64,000 nucleotides of DNA from Sphagnum compactum (lineage: Eukaryota), in contig OZ234493.1 of assembly GCA_965153455.1 (NCBI GenBank), forward strand, positions 15,614,213-15,678,212. The letters run 5' to 3'. Below are positions 13,542 through 27,109 of the stretch, piece by piece. Position 1 is the stretch's first letter. Every line of letters begins with the position of its first letter. The notes beneath the pieces are model-generated. The model was given only the letters and a program-made list of their open reading frames with translations, was not told the DNA's origin and ran no database searches. The position numbers were made by a program, and so were the translations under genes.

Positions 13542-13669
13542 CGTAGGGTGAAGGGTCTGGAAAATTAGACCCTTCCAGATTTTAAGACCATTCCCCTCCC
13601 CTCGGCCTACCAGCCTGGGGCCGGAATCTCAATTTCAGAAGGGTCTATTTTCAGACCCCTTCTCCTATG
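13542..13669. mobile_element. Small MITE with ~30-bp TIRs that are themselves hairpins
   Basis: Left end cgtagggtgaagggtctggaaaattagacccttc; right end gaagggtctattttcagaccccttctcctatg, whose reverse complement matches the left end. Confidence 0.65.
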
Positions 13670-15972
13670 CATCATATTTGCAAGGAGGTTTATGTGTTGT
13701 TATTGTTGTCTCTTATAAGAAAAACGCTTGAATCAATGGCACTAGAAAGAGTGTATCCATTGTCTACAGATCACACCTTAGATGGTGTTATTTTCATCTC
13801 CACATTCTCAAGTACATTGAAATATAAATATTTGTTTACACCTAGATTCAACATTAAATCCAATATTGTTATTTTCCTTCTTAATGTTGACAAGCTTTCG
13901 ACTTTGATACTCTAAATTAGGTTTGGTCCACATAAATATCAATTAACTCACCATCTATGAATTTCGGGCATATATAAAGAAAGAGAGAGAGAGAGAGAGA
14001 GAACATGCATTATAATAAATAGTGGCAAATAGAAATTTTTTTTTGCAACTAATAAATCCTTTGTATTTGATCAACGAAATGATTTGACTTTTTGTTCATG
14101 TAGCTTTCAAAAGGCTCTTGCTAATACAATTGAGCAAAAATATCATGGGCTTTGCAACAATATTTTGACAATATATTTGGTTTATTATAATCATTTACTA
14201 ATATATATGTTCATGGTTTATGAAATTGTCTTTGTTACAAGAATGGTTTGAAACCTTCAATTTCTTTTGCTATTTCCCTATAAGTAAGTGTTTGAAAGGA
14301 GGGCAATGTCTTTCATTAAAATTTTCAAGAATAGAAAGATAATTGCCTTTGATCCTCTTGACCTTTCTTTGAGGAAAAACTTAATTTTTAAAAAAAATGT
14401 TTCAATTAAATCGACATTTTGGCATTTATTAAAATTTTGGGTGAATCTTGGTTATGATTCAACATGCATTAGAATGATTGGTAAACATGTAGACACCAAA
14501 GATGTTCAAAATATGATGTTTCCCATCTTTTTATAGCAAAAAACATGTTGAAAAAATCCACAATCCTTTGTCAAGAAAAAGAGTTATTCGTTTATTGACT
14601 TCATGATGTGGTTGGCTTATGGATCTAAGCCATAACTTTTTGTCCTCAAGAGTTTCTTTTCAATGATGAATAAGCCCCTCAATAATAATGCTATTGATAT
14701 GATATTATTGCATAAGTCTGAAAGCCACTTTTGATAACAAAATAAGCCCTTCAGATTGTGCAAACATTAGTGAGTACCAACTAGGTACCAAAACAAGCTC
14801 CACGACAACAATATGATTTTTTCGGGCAAAAGAAGGAAAACACAACAACAATGCAAGAAATTTGCATATAATGTAGGACAAAATTGAAAATTAAAAAAAA
14901 AACAAAAGTACATTGACCTTGAACAAGGTGTGAAATGACTTGTACCCCATTGATGGTGGAAAAACTAGCTTTAAGTATGTATAACAATGACTTCGCTATT
15001 TTGTTATAATCAAAAGTAAAATTTTGAAAATTCATGTACAATAAATGAAGACTCGGTATTTGACAATCATTTTCCCTTGTTAATTCTCTCCTTTTGTGGA
15101 TAACAACAATTGAGATTCCATGAGGGTTTTGCAGAGATTTACATATCTATGAAACTGCAAAGAAATCTCCATAACAACAATTTGAAGGAGGCGTGGACAC
15201 TGAGTGAAGTCATATCCTCGTTTGAGATTGCACGCAACTCCAAAGCTTAGGTACTATTTGGAGCTGCATTTCAGAGCAAAAGAAACAACAGCCACGAATT
15301 CGCAGGTGAGGACACAGCATATGAGAAACAGAAACACATCCAAAAGTAAGCAGTTTCTGCATACAGAGGGGAAGCTTCTGCAATCAAGTTTTAAAAGCAG
15401 TGAAGACCAACAAAATTGAGACCAAAGTTGCAGATATACTGCATGAAACCACCCAAACAAAGCACATTTTTCACACTTAACATCTTCACTCTTTATACGC
15501 CTGGCATGTAAGCTGTATTGCTAGGAAATGCACAAAGGATTTGTTGTATAGCACAAATAGAAAAAAGTGGACAGAGGTAGTCTCACCAACAAGGGGAGTT
15601 GTAAGGGTGGTATTTCACAAATTTGTTGCTACAACCTGGAACAATCTTTACATCTCTTTAGTAGAGGGGGAAATGCCCAGAGGGACCACCCCTTTGAAAC
15701 TACAAAACTCAATTGAACTTCAATGTCAAAAAACGAGGGACATCCTACGAACTGAGGGTTTCAAGGACACAATCTACCCTACCTCCCAAGATGCCCACAA
15801 GTGCACAGGCCCCATGTAAGACCTCATCCTTGCATGCTCCCAGAACTGAGGAAGTGGAACCACATAGTCCCCCTGCCTATTTATGCAGCAAGTTACATGG
15901 GAATTTAAGGTACCTACACCCTATGATAATGTGCAGACATGATGAGTGTCCACTCATGTAGGCGATGTCACC

Positions 15973-18525
15973 CTACGCAAGGCCTGCATCCTTCAAAACT
16001 TTCTCAATTGCAGTGTCATCATCCCATGCCACCTGCCAAGCAAAGATGGAAACTAATGAGATGCCAACAATGACCACAAACCTGAGACACTAATCAAACA
16101 ACTGAAACATATATGGTAAATTACAGACATCTCTATGGCAAACTACATACGGAAAGATGACCATCATAAATGCCAGGAAAACCAAAAAATAGACTTACAT
16201 CAGAAATCATTATGTTGAAATGCTGCTCAATCTTCCTCAGGTTCCTTTCATCTTGGTCGGTGACCAGTAGATTAAAAGCAGCACCTGTTAACAAACAAAG
16301 GAGGAATGTTACCAACTGTAGTCCACAGCGTAAAAAGGGGAAGAACTACTCACATATGGAATGGAGTATTAGGTTAAAACCAAGGCGCTAATAGATCAAC
16401 ATAACAAAGCCAGGAAAAGGCTGGCTGATGTAAAAAGAGCCTCAATTAAGATGTGTAAGATGCAGACTTGTTGGCCAAAAACAAGCTTCAAACTCTCATT
16501 ATTAAAAAAAAGAGATTGCACACACTGATGACTCATTTGTCAAGTAAAGAGAACCAAAAATGGTCACATCAATTTGACTTTGGAAATAGCAATAGACCTT
16601 TTCGACCAAAGCGCCCACTTCGCCCAATCCGATGGAGGTACGTTTCAAATTCAGGAGTATAAGGGGGTACTGATTTCACAGGGATATCATAGTTTATTAC
16701 CAAAGTGACCTGTCAAGCAAGATAGGATCAGCATCAGGCCAAAAGCCATAAGCAGTAACCAACAACAATAAATAGGAAGCTGTGTGCAGAGCACATGGAA
16801 AGACTCGAAAGCAAATGCAATCTTTCTCTACTTACTGAAAATGTATGTGCACTCTGGCAAAATACCTGAGCTTGATCAAAACCTCGAGAGAGCACATCAG
16901 TGGCAATCAGAATCTTGGTCTCGCCTGATCGGAACTCCTGGATCACATGGTCACGCTCTTCATGGCTAAGACCTCCTTGAATACTGGTGCACTTATAGCC
17001 ATCAGCTTCCAAACGCTTGTGCAATTCACTGGCACTTTGCCGAGTGCGCACGAAGATTATGGATTGACCAAGCTTTTCAGCTGCTGGGAAGATTCGATTT
17101 TGCAGGACGTCAATTTTCGCTCCAGGGTTAGGGCAATGTATCTTGTATTGTTTGATGGCATCAAGCGATAATGCTTCCTTCTCAACAAAGATGTAATTCG
17201 CCCTTGGAATAGTTCTGAGCGCAAATTGCTTGACTTTTTCACCAAATGTTGCAGAGAAGAGGAGCACCTGGCAAGCAAAGAAGAAAATAAGCACCTATGC
17301 AATTCCTAGATCCAAGCATCTGTGAAGACTTTCAGGAGTTGCTACAGCTCCTTGAACTCCAGAACCTATACACATATCTTCACAAAACAGTTTCCCACAG
17401 TAGGTAGGATTTCAGTTCATGCACTCAGATCCCATGAACAAGGAAAAAGGATTGCTTACTTGACAGTTCCCTCGGCTCCGATCAATGTCTCTCATGATCC
17501 TCATGGAGTCATCTTGGAATCCACCCTGCAAGCATGACAAGAATACCACATATCCTGAGGTTCAATTCTCAGAAGAAAGTTGCACTAAAGATATGGAGAA
17601 GAATTTGCCAAACTTGCCAGAATGTGAGAAGCTTAATATATTACCTGGTCAAGCATTTGATCTGCTTCATCAAAGACAAGGATCTTGATGCTCCGAGTGT
17701 CAAGGATCTTGTCTCTTGTCATCCATCGCTTCAAAGTGCCAGGAGTGCCAATGATGACCTGATCAACAATCCTGTCTCGTCTTGAGACTGAGTGCGTCAG
17801 GCTGTTGCTACTGTCAGCATTTGCTGTGCTTGCTGTTGTCACACCAGTGTATTTTGCCATCTTCAAGACAACTGCTTCATTCTGATTGCACACATAAGCA
17901 CACCAGCAGCTGCTACAGAGTTCAAAACCATAAATGGATCATCATCATCTGCAGTGATCTAAAACCCTGAACAAGGATGAGAGCAAAAGATCATCCTACA
18001 CTACAACAGGATTGATAGCCTTCAAACCCTAAATATGTAGCGGCAGAGAGGTCAAGAGATCTTGGTACCTACCTGAATCACCAGCTCTCGTGTTGGACAA
18101 ACGCAAATTGCCTGGGGAACTTTTAGCTTTGGATCCACGCGGCTCAGCATGCCGAGGACGAAGCAAGTCGTCTTTCCCGAGCCGTTGTGCGCTTGCGCAA
18201 TCAGATTCCGATAAGGGGGTGTCACAATCATCGGCAAAGTTGCCGCCTGAATCTTGCTCGGTTTCTCGAACTTCATTTCCGAGTACAAACCCTGAAGAAG
18301 CTCAGGCGAGAGATTCAACTCCTCGAATGTCTTCGCAGAAGTGTAAGGCGTGTCATCTGCTATCACCTGCAACACACACGTATCCTCCAAGAGAGAGACT
18401 CATATCCTCTTTCTCACACACAACTACTAGTGCTCACAACTTCTTCGCTGCCTGTACTCAAAACATCGACCATGTCCCCCATCTCTCCATCGCCCAAAAA
18501 AAAACCTAACAACAAAAACTTGTAC

Positions 18526-18572
<47 letters not shown>

Positions 18573-18918
18573 AATACGAAAATCAATAAGTTCAAGCTCA
18601 CGCGCACGTACGTACCTTCTTTATCTCAGTTTCGGCCTCCACCGCTGCATCCAGCTGCTGCCTCTCACTGTTGACAACAGTCTCAGGCTTATCCGCCATA
18701 TCTTCCGCCTTGTCTGCAACCTTCGTGACTGTCAATCCTTCCAGCTTCTCCATCAGATCTTCCTGCTTCTCAGGAATCTTTTCTACTACTTGTTGTTCTT
18801 CTTCTTCCTGCTTACCGGAGCTACTCACGACCTCCTCATCCTCCTCCTTTCCCTCCTTCTCGAGCTTTGGAACCAGTCCATCGGCAGCTACCTCTTGATT
18901 CTTTTCGGCTTCCGCCAT
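15973..18918 (-). CDS. LOS4: DEAD-box RNA helicase 38 / DDX19-DBP5 mRNA export helicase
   Basis: Exons 18918-18616, 18366-18073, 17881-17645, 17525-17460, 17267-16866, 16709-16598, 16284-16199, 16032-15973. Motifs [58 protein letters not shown]; ends KDAGLA*. Confidence 0.96.
18531..18569. repeat. (CT)n microsatellite in helicase intron 1
   Basis: About 19 CT units are visible directly. Confidence 0.95.
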
Positions 18919-21900
18919 TTTCAAGCTCAGGAGCTCGTCTCCAGTTTCCAAAACCCTTCCACGCTGCACATCAGATACTACGATCTGCAACAGGAGAAAT
19001 TCCGGAAGAAATTCCGCAAAATCGCAAATCCTGAATGAGGGCGCGCGAGCGCAGTGCACAATCGGCAAGCAACGTCTCGCTTGCCGAGGAAGAAAACGTA
19101 TGTATACATAGTACGACAGTATGAATACACTGTACACGTATTTCCCCAAATACGGATAAAAATTATATATTTTCCAATCAATTCCAAATTAAATATCACT
19201 TTACCCACTTATTATTTTGATTTTTTTAACTAAATTTTTTTATTCTACTTGAAGACTAGGGTGATTGAAAAAACTAGTGTTGGGCGGTTATTAAAAATAT
19301 GAACAAACCCAATAGAATTAACAAGGTGATTATTAGGAATTGAAATTGCAATTCTCAAAAAATCAAAATTTAAAAAAAAAAATAGTAAACAAACTTTCAG
19401 TCTACTTGAAGGCCGGTGTGATTGGAAAAAACCAATGTTGGGCGAATGTTAAAAACAAGAATAGATGTAAATTGGATTTGGTTTATCGATGTTAGGGTTT
19501 AAGGTGTCAATAGGGAGAGCCATGTCTGTGTCTAAGCACCGAAAAATGTTGCTCCTTTTGTCTTTTATCATTCAACAAAGTTTTTGTTGATTTGTGGTGG
19601 AGCAATGGAGATGGTGCTTGATTATGGTGGTGCCAAATTTTTGGGATGTGTTATGTTGTGTTTTTTTTTTTGGTGGTTGTCTTTTCATGTAGCATGGATG
19701 CTATTGGTGGATTGGGTTTATTTAGCTTTATTGCAAAGGTTGGGGGATAAATGGAGCAAATTTCAACAAGCTAAGCATCTTAGCCTTGGTTTTTGTTTTG
19801 TTTTGTGATGTCGTTAAAGATGCGAATAGATGAGAAGAATGTTCATGATCTAAAGTTCTCAGATTGTATAATTATGAATCTTTAAGAATGTTTGTTGCAT
19901 AGGAGATTATGTAAATAAAGAACTAGGATCTAAATAGCTCATGTATAGTATTAATGCCATGAGTGGCATTGATTATAAGCTCTAGGGGAATATGAAAGGT
20001 TGGTTATGTTCATAGTATCAATATTGTAGGTTTTATATACTTGAAATAATTTAAGGGATATGTAGAATGTGATACAAGGATAAGGAAAGTGGGTACTTGT
20101 TGATGTGAGAATTTTGAATTTAGCTTTAGTGCTCCCCCAAAACCATCTATTGTCTTGGAGTTCAATTTTGTGTGTATATGTGCAAGGGGACGGTTTTTGG
20201 GAGGTTGAGGTTACATTCATTAACAATTTCTAATGTTGGATGTCAAGGATCTTTAAAAGGGCAATTTGGAATGTTGGGGATACAAGGTTGATATTCAAAT
20301 CGTATTTTAGTTTGGGTGTAGTTTTGATGCCATACATAAAATCAAGATTAGCCTATGAGTGGAGATTCGGAATAATCCATTTCATGCTTTAAGTTCTAAA
20401 TTTAATCTTAAGTCGTATATAACTAGTGATTAAATATGAATCATAGAAATGTAAGGTAGAATTTTTTTTTTAAATTGTTGATAAAATATAATGAGCTAGT
20501 GTGATTTGTTCCTAATTTGGATACATACATATACTTTGGCCAAGTGTTGATATAGTATGTGTTTACATTTCATACCCTTTACACAAACCCCCAATAGTTA
20601 TTAGGGTGGTTTTAAGGAATCGCAACCATAGTTTTCAAAGATCAAATAATTAATTCTAATATATATATATCTTTTTTTTTGAAATATTTGGAACTGACTA
20701 CTTTTATTTTTATTTTTTTCAAATAACCAAAATTGAAATTTCTTTGAATCTAGAACATTGAAAAAACTAAATTTGGTTGTTCTTTGAAAATTCAAATGTT
20801 CATACAACAATGGAAAAAACCCAATGTTTTATTAATATTTAGGGTGCAACCTAGGTATAAGGTATTGGAATCAATACTAATATTGACAAAAATACTAATC
20901 AAATATGACCTTATGCAAATATACCAACCTTCTAATAGTATTAGTTTGGTATGAAACTTAAAGTGGTACCAAGTATATACATGCCTTATACCAATATCAA
21001 TACCACGTTTTTACCTAGTACCATATACCAAGTCAAAATCAATCTTGGACTTCATACTAACACCAAATCGGTATGAAAGTTTTTTCTAAATACACAATAT
21101 CAATACCTACCCGATATGAAACAATTTTTGTTTTTGGACATGTTAGGCAAACCATGCGGTTGGCCAATATATATTTTGCTCACAATTGTAAAGTCTCCTA
21201 GAAATGCTATGTGCTTGCGCTTCTTGTTTTAGTTCTTTTCACCTTCCTTTTGCTTTGGCTTGAACCTTTGAATAATGTTCGTCTTTTGTAGAAGAGATTT
21301 TCTTACGTGGTTTACGTTGTTGCTAGTATAGCTTGGTCTCGGTCTTCCAGAAAAATTAAAGGGAGAAGAGGCCACCTTTTTGAGATGTGATGCTCAAATG
21401 GATGGCATGTTGTGTGTGTGTTTGTTTGGCATTTGCTTATATGTAATCGCTTGTGAATTCTTTTTGGTTTTACATAGGAGTTCTTTAATGTAGGAGGTCA
21501 AAAGGTTTCATGGCAGAAGCTTTGACTATAAGTGAAGTGTTATTCAATCTATAGGTTTTACAACACATTTTTTTGGTTCTATTGGGACTTCTCTTTTTCA
21601 TCACATACACCATGCTAATTCATCGGGCTAACATTTTATTGCCAAGTATAGTTGTGTAGTTCGGTTGTCTTTTGCAAAAGACAAAATATTAGATTTTGTA
21701 TGGGGTATGATAGGTAAGATGCATGCTTGTAACTTGCATATGAAACTTGGGTTCATATTAATATACCAACATGTGTATTTGGAGCAGTATCACACGTGTT
21801 GTTAGCATATGTTGTTGTAACTTTTTGCATGAATATTGGATCTAACAAGAGTTTATGTTTTGGGTTAATAGGCATGAAAGGAGACTATAAATGGTCTTTG

Positions 21901-23934
21901 GCCAGTCTTTTTGATCACAAATGTTGTCATTTGCATCCTTAAGGTAATATGTTTGTGAAGATCGTATTAGCATTAAAAAACTTTTGAAAATTTGTCTTCG
22001 CAACTTGTTAAGGTACATGTAAATTTCAAATCATATCTTGATCTTCAATTCATGGGTTGGCATTTAAGGCCATTTGTGGTGATTCCCAAGTGCAGTGGTT
22101 TTATTAGTGGCAAAAATCTTCTTTGTTGGTATGAAGTTTTTTCTTCCTTTCTTAGTGAAGACAAAATGATATTTTTGATGTTTGGGGGAAAATAAAATGG
22201 GTAAGGAAGTCCCAATGCCCATGGTTTAAGAAATTAGTAACTTTATTAACAAATGAAAGATGCATATGAACAAAACATAAAATATTCGTAATCAAATTAC
22301 AAAACTTTGAAACTTTTGACACATAGAGCTTATAAGCCCAAGTTCATGGTGTCCTTTGCATTTCAATCTATTATGAGGATCTTTTCCTTTGTAGGAGTCT
22401 TTTATACTATGCACAATAGTTGGTCTCCTTTATTTCAACTTTTATGTTTTTCTTTCAACTAGAAGAGTGTTTTTTTACAATCAATTGTACTGCATTTCCC
22501 TATGACACAATGTCCATGTTGTTTCTCCTCCCCTTGGTGTAAACCTATCTAATGTCAATATGCATTTACATGCATGACTGGGGCCTCGTGCATGTGTTGT
22601 CTTTCTTTCTTTCTTTGTCATTGTCAATGGTTTTGTTTCTAATGTTGGAAGATGAATTTTGCAACACCTTTTTTCTTGTGGCTTGATTGTATTAAAACCT
22701 TATTTCTCAAGATCTAATTTTTGTGGAGATTCTTGTTTGTCTAGGGGGCACCTAGAATGGCTTTATATTGAAATGTACACATGTGCTTATTCTTATTTCT
22801 ATTCATGTTGGGTCTTACTTGTCGAGGTTCAACAAACTTGATGCATGTTTGATATCATGTGTTTCCTTCAAACTATCTTCTTGAGCATGATTACCTTGTA
22901 CCTCGTAGTTTTGTTGAACAACCTTGTGGAACTATTAATGTGGATGTAGGTTATCATGTGTTAATTTTATGTTGTGTGTGTTTTTTTGGTGTATTGCATT
23001 TTGCAAGGGATTCCACATCACATAAGGGAGTGAAAGATTTGTGACAATAGAGGGAATCTTGGGTCCCAATTTTTGACATTGATGTTTAGTAGACATGTAT
23101 TTTGTTCTCTCATAAACCGTAATATTAGTTCCTAAAAAACTATATGTATTTAACACATGTTGCATACATGGTAACACTTGATTTGCATGTCAATGTTGAT
23201 GTCATGCATATCCACTTTGTCTTAAAAGCATCCTTCATCATGTTAGGCTCCTATAGAATGTACATAGTTTGTCACCTCAAGTTCATTGTGTGTTTGAAAT
23301 ATCAGCCACCATCTTTTACTTATTATTGTTTGGATTTTTGGTTGCATTGGGATGTGTTACATTTAGAGGGACAATAATGATTTCTTTTATCATTATGATT
23401 GCACAAAGTATTTGCATTAGTAGAAGACCCCACTTTTTTAACCAAAAGTTTTCAACTACACGACATTTGCAACTATGTTACAACTAGGATTTATTTAATT
23501 CTTAAATAAAATTATGGTAATTATCAATTAAGTCAACTTGTCTACTATATTGGTATATAATTGGAAGCATTTTTCAACTAGATGCTCATTTGCTAAATAT
23601 TTTCGGCATTAACAATGTTTTCAAGTTGAATGCCTAATTATGTTGGTAAAAAATTGTAAACATGTTTCAACTAAGGGGTCATTTTTAGAATATTTTTAGC
23701 ATCTATGGTTCTTTAATTAGCATGGAGTCAAAACATTATCTAATGTTCAACTATTTTGGTGACACCATCAACACACGTGTATATTTGGATGATAAAATGT
23801 ATTAAAGGATGGATGAAATGCAGTCTTGTTTGAAATTTTGTTACGATTACTTCTCTCCACTAAGTTAAACAATTAGTAGGAAATTTCAATTTTATACGTA
23901 TAATATTTTAAGATATATTTAAAATTCTGATAAA

Positions 23935-25710
23935 TTTAAATTACATGTAAACTTTACTTGTATAAATGAATGGTTTTTTGTGCAAGTAAATGTTAAACTT
24001 TAATTTCAAAATAAAGTTTAAGGAACATTTGAAATATATGTTAATAATAATGTTAATGTTCAATACATGTAATTTATTATTTCTATGTAGATCATTATGA
24101 CACATTGATAAATAATGATACATAGTCAATAATATTGTGAAATTTTAATGTTTATTCATTTTTATGCACATGATATCTTAATATTTGTTTAAAATTATGA
24201 TAAAAATTCATAAAACATTAATGTACCATGTGTCATTGGCCCAAGTGTGATTGCATTCCATTGGATTTTCCTTCCCAACCCCTTTTGGCAATTTGTTTAA
24301 ACTTCCAACAATAATAGCCACTAAAATTCAATAATATTGTTCACATCTTAGGTTTCAGAATTATGAAATCAACTCTATTAAATCAAACATGGTGAGGGTT
24401 TCCAATAATACCAAGAACACCTTCAAATCCCAATATAATTTTCAATCTTGGTTTTATTTAATTTTCAATGAAAAAATGGTTCAATAATTGATAACCTCCA
24501 CACTATAACTCCAAATGTTCTACACCAAGTTGGTGCACCTTTGTTCATTGAAAGTTTTTTGATGATAAATCTCATAACATAGCTTAAAACACTGTGGTTT
24601 GGGAGATTTCATTATGACAAAGCAAAACAAACTACCTTCGTTCATGGATTGATAACATCTAGCCTATGTTGTTGGCCCCAAGTGCGAACACACTCAATTC
24701 ATTTTCCCTTTCAAACCCATTTTTTTGTAGTATATTTGAATTTTCAACAACAAAATTCACTAAAAATTCAGTATTTTCCATACCTCAAGTTTGGAAAAAT
24801 ATGAAATAAACTTCATGAAATCTAATTCAACAACTATTTTATAACAACACCAAGTACACCTTTGGATTCCAATGTAATTTTAATTTATGATTTTATTCAT
24901 GTTTATTGAAAAAATGGTTCAATAATCAATAACCTTTGCATTGTAGCTCCAAAAATTCCCAGCCCAAGTCAATGCATTGCTACTCATTGATAGGATTTCA
25001 AAGATATAATAACATTGCATGCATTTTGGTTTGGGAAATCTCAACATGACAAAACAAAACAAAACAATCTACCTACTTTCATAAATAAATTAAATTACAT
25101 GTAATTTGTATTTGTATAAAATGAATGGTTGTGTATGATGTCAATATTTGTTGTGTGCACATAAATAGTAAAATTTAATTTTAAAATAAAATTTTAAAAA
25201 ATTCTGAAATATAAGTTTGTAATAATGTGTATGTTTATTATGTGTAATTTATTATTTCTATGTAAATCAAATTTCTAGTTTACAACATATCAAGTAATGA
25301 CACATACTTAGTTATTTTGTGAAACTTGAATGTTTATTCATTTTTATACACATGATATCTTGATATTTGCTTTAGATTGTAATAAAATTTCATTAAAAAT
25401 TAGATTAAACATACATTTTATCTTTGTAAATGAATGTTTATGTATGATGCAAATATTTTTTGTGTATATAAATATTAAACTTTAATTTCAAATAATGTTT
25501 TTAAAAAATCTGAAATATAAGTCAACATAATAATGTGTGTGTTCATTCCATGTGTAATTTATTATTTCCATGTAATCAAATTTTAGTTTACAAAAAATCA
25601 AGTAATGCTACATAATTAATAGTTTTATGGAAGTTGAATGAAATTTCATTTTTATGCATAGATTTAAACAATATCTATATTGAATTTATGAGAAAATTTC
25701 ATTAATTATT
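23935..25710. repeat. Three diverged ~300-bp AT-rich direct repeats (~23935, ~25090, ~25405)
   Basis: The block ttacatgtaa...tgtataaatgaatgg...gtaatttattatttctatgta...atgtttattcatttttat recurs three times. Copies 1 and 2 are separated by the Helitron-like pair. Confidence 0.7.
24225..25089 (-). mobile_element. Two tandem ~430-bp non-autonomous Helitron-like elements (~24225-24652 and 24659-25089)
   Basis: The two copies align (ggcccaagtg..., aaaaaatggttcaataat, tggtttggga, atgacaaa..aaaacaa.ctacct). On the minus strand, copy 1 starts with TC (24652). Copy 2 ends with a short imperfect hairpin (agtgtg-tt-cgcact) followed by CTAG (24659-24662). Confidence 0.55.
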
Positions 25711-26739
25711 TAACAACATATCAAATAATGATACATAATTAATGTTTTTAAAAAAGACTAATGTCTATTCTAATGTTGGATATTAGTTTCAATGATTTAA
25801 ATTTTTAAAAATTTAATTAGAATTTAACACTATTATATTTACAAATTTTATTTATTTCCATTAATTGTATTTATATTAGTTGATAGTAACTATAACAAGT
25901 TAGATAACAATACAAATAACAATAGTTAAATAATTAGCCTAGCCTAATTATAAGCTACAATATTATTATTAATGTTGTTATTGTAATTATAACCAATTAT
26001 TACTATTAATGTAATTATAATAATTATAATACTTTAAACATATTTTAATGTCACTATTGGATTTTTAATTACTTGAATTAATTTTTGTTTTATGAATGTT
26101 AATAAAAAATCATAAATTATTAGTCATTTAAAAATACTGATTAATAATATTGATTCATTTATTGAATATATAATTACAGTTATTCGGTCAATTTTTTAAA
26201 ATTATCATATTATTTATTGAATGATAATAATATGTTTACTTATATAATTGTAAAATTAAATGGTTGATGAATAATCACTACAAATAATCAACATAATTAA
26301 CTAAGGTTAGGCTAGGTAGATAATTGGTTTAGGTTTAGGCTTAATTATGCTTAGACTAATTTGTAATTTAGTTGGAACAAGATTATAAGTATTTGAGTTG
26401 TAATTAAATTGCATTTGGATTACAACTAAATTATAATTAAAATGTATATCCCATACTGTTTTGTTTTTAATCCAAAAAATCAAACTATATAAATAGTGCA
26501 CTAGGATTGTTGGAAAAACATAATAAACAGGAAAATGTAATAACCATTTGGGAATGAACCAATTAAAAAGGTTCAACCCTAAAAGTTCAACCAAATGAAA
26601 TAGGAGTCATTTGTTAAATGCCATATGGCCTAGGTTTAAGCCTAATGTAGGTGTTTTTGTTTAAACCTAACATGTGCTTAGGTTAGGTGGCCCATGTTTA
26701 AACACCACATGGCCTAACCTATGGATGTGGATGTCCCAC

Positions 26740-26885
26740 ATATCATTAACTATTCATGGACCCCAAAATTTGTGAACATGGCATGTGTCATTTAACTATT
26801 CATGAACCCCAAATTTTATGAATGTGCCCTATGTCATTTAACTATTTATTAACCTTAAACTTTATGAATGTGCCATGTGTCAACG
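26740..26885. repeat. 45-46-bp tandem repeat, 3 copies
   Basis: tcatttaactattcatgaaccccaaattttatgaa recurs at ~26743, 26788 and 26834. Confidence 0.8.
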
Positions 26886-27109
26886 TTCGAAAATCCATTA
26901 CGCTTATGATGTTTAATGATTATGGTTTAAGAATATGTTGTTTTAAAACAAATATGAGTCATTTAGTAATTGTTCTGCATTTTGTAATAATGTATGTTTA
27001 TTTTTTAACATAATTCATTTAATGTGCATGTGAAGTGAAATTTGAAAGAAATGCATCATTAGCATATAAGGCTTCAAACACATGGGTTTACATGTGTATA
27101 CATTTGCAG

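Noticed and set aside
18187-19038. 283-aa plus-strand ORF
   Set aside because: It is the antisense shadow of helicase exons and runs through a CT microsatellite.
21300-23400. Possible decayed transposase on the minus strand
   Set aside because: Some protein-like fragments are present, but I could not assign any motif, so it is left uncalled.
23415-26498. A single CACTA element defined by CATTAGTAGAA...AAATAGTG
   Set aside because: The ends share only the terminal pentamer (one base mutated) and there is no 3-bp TSD.
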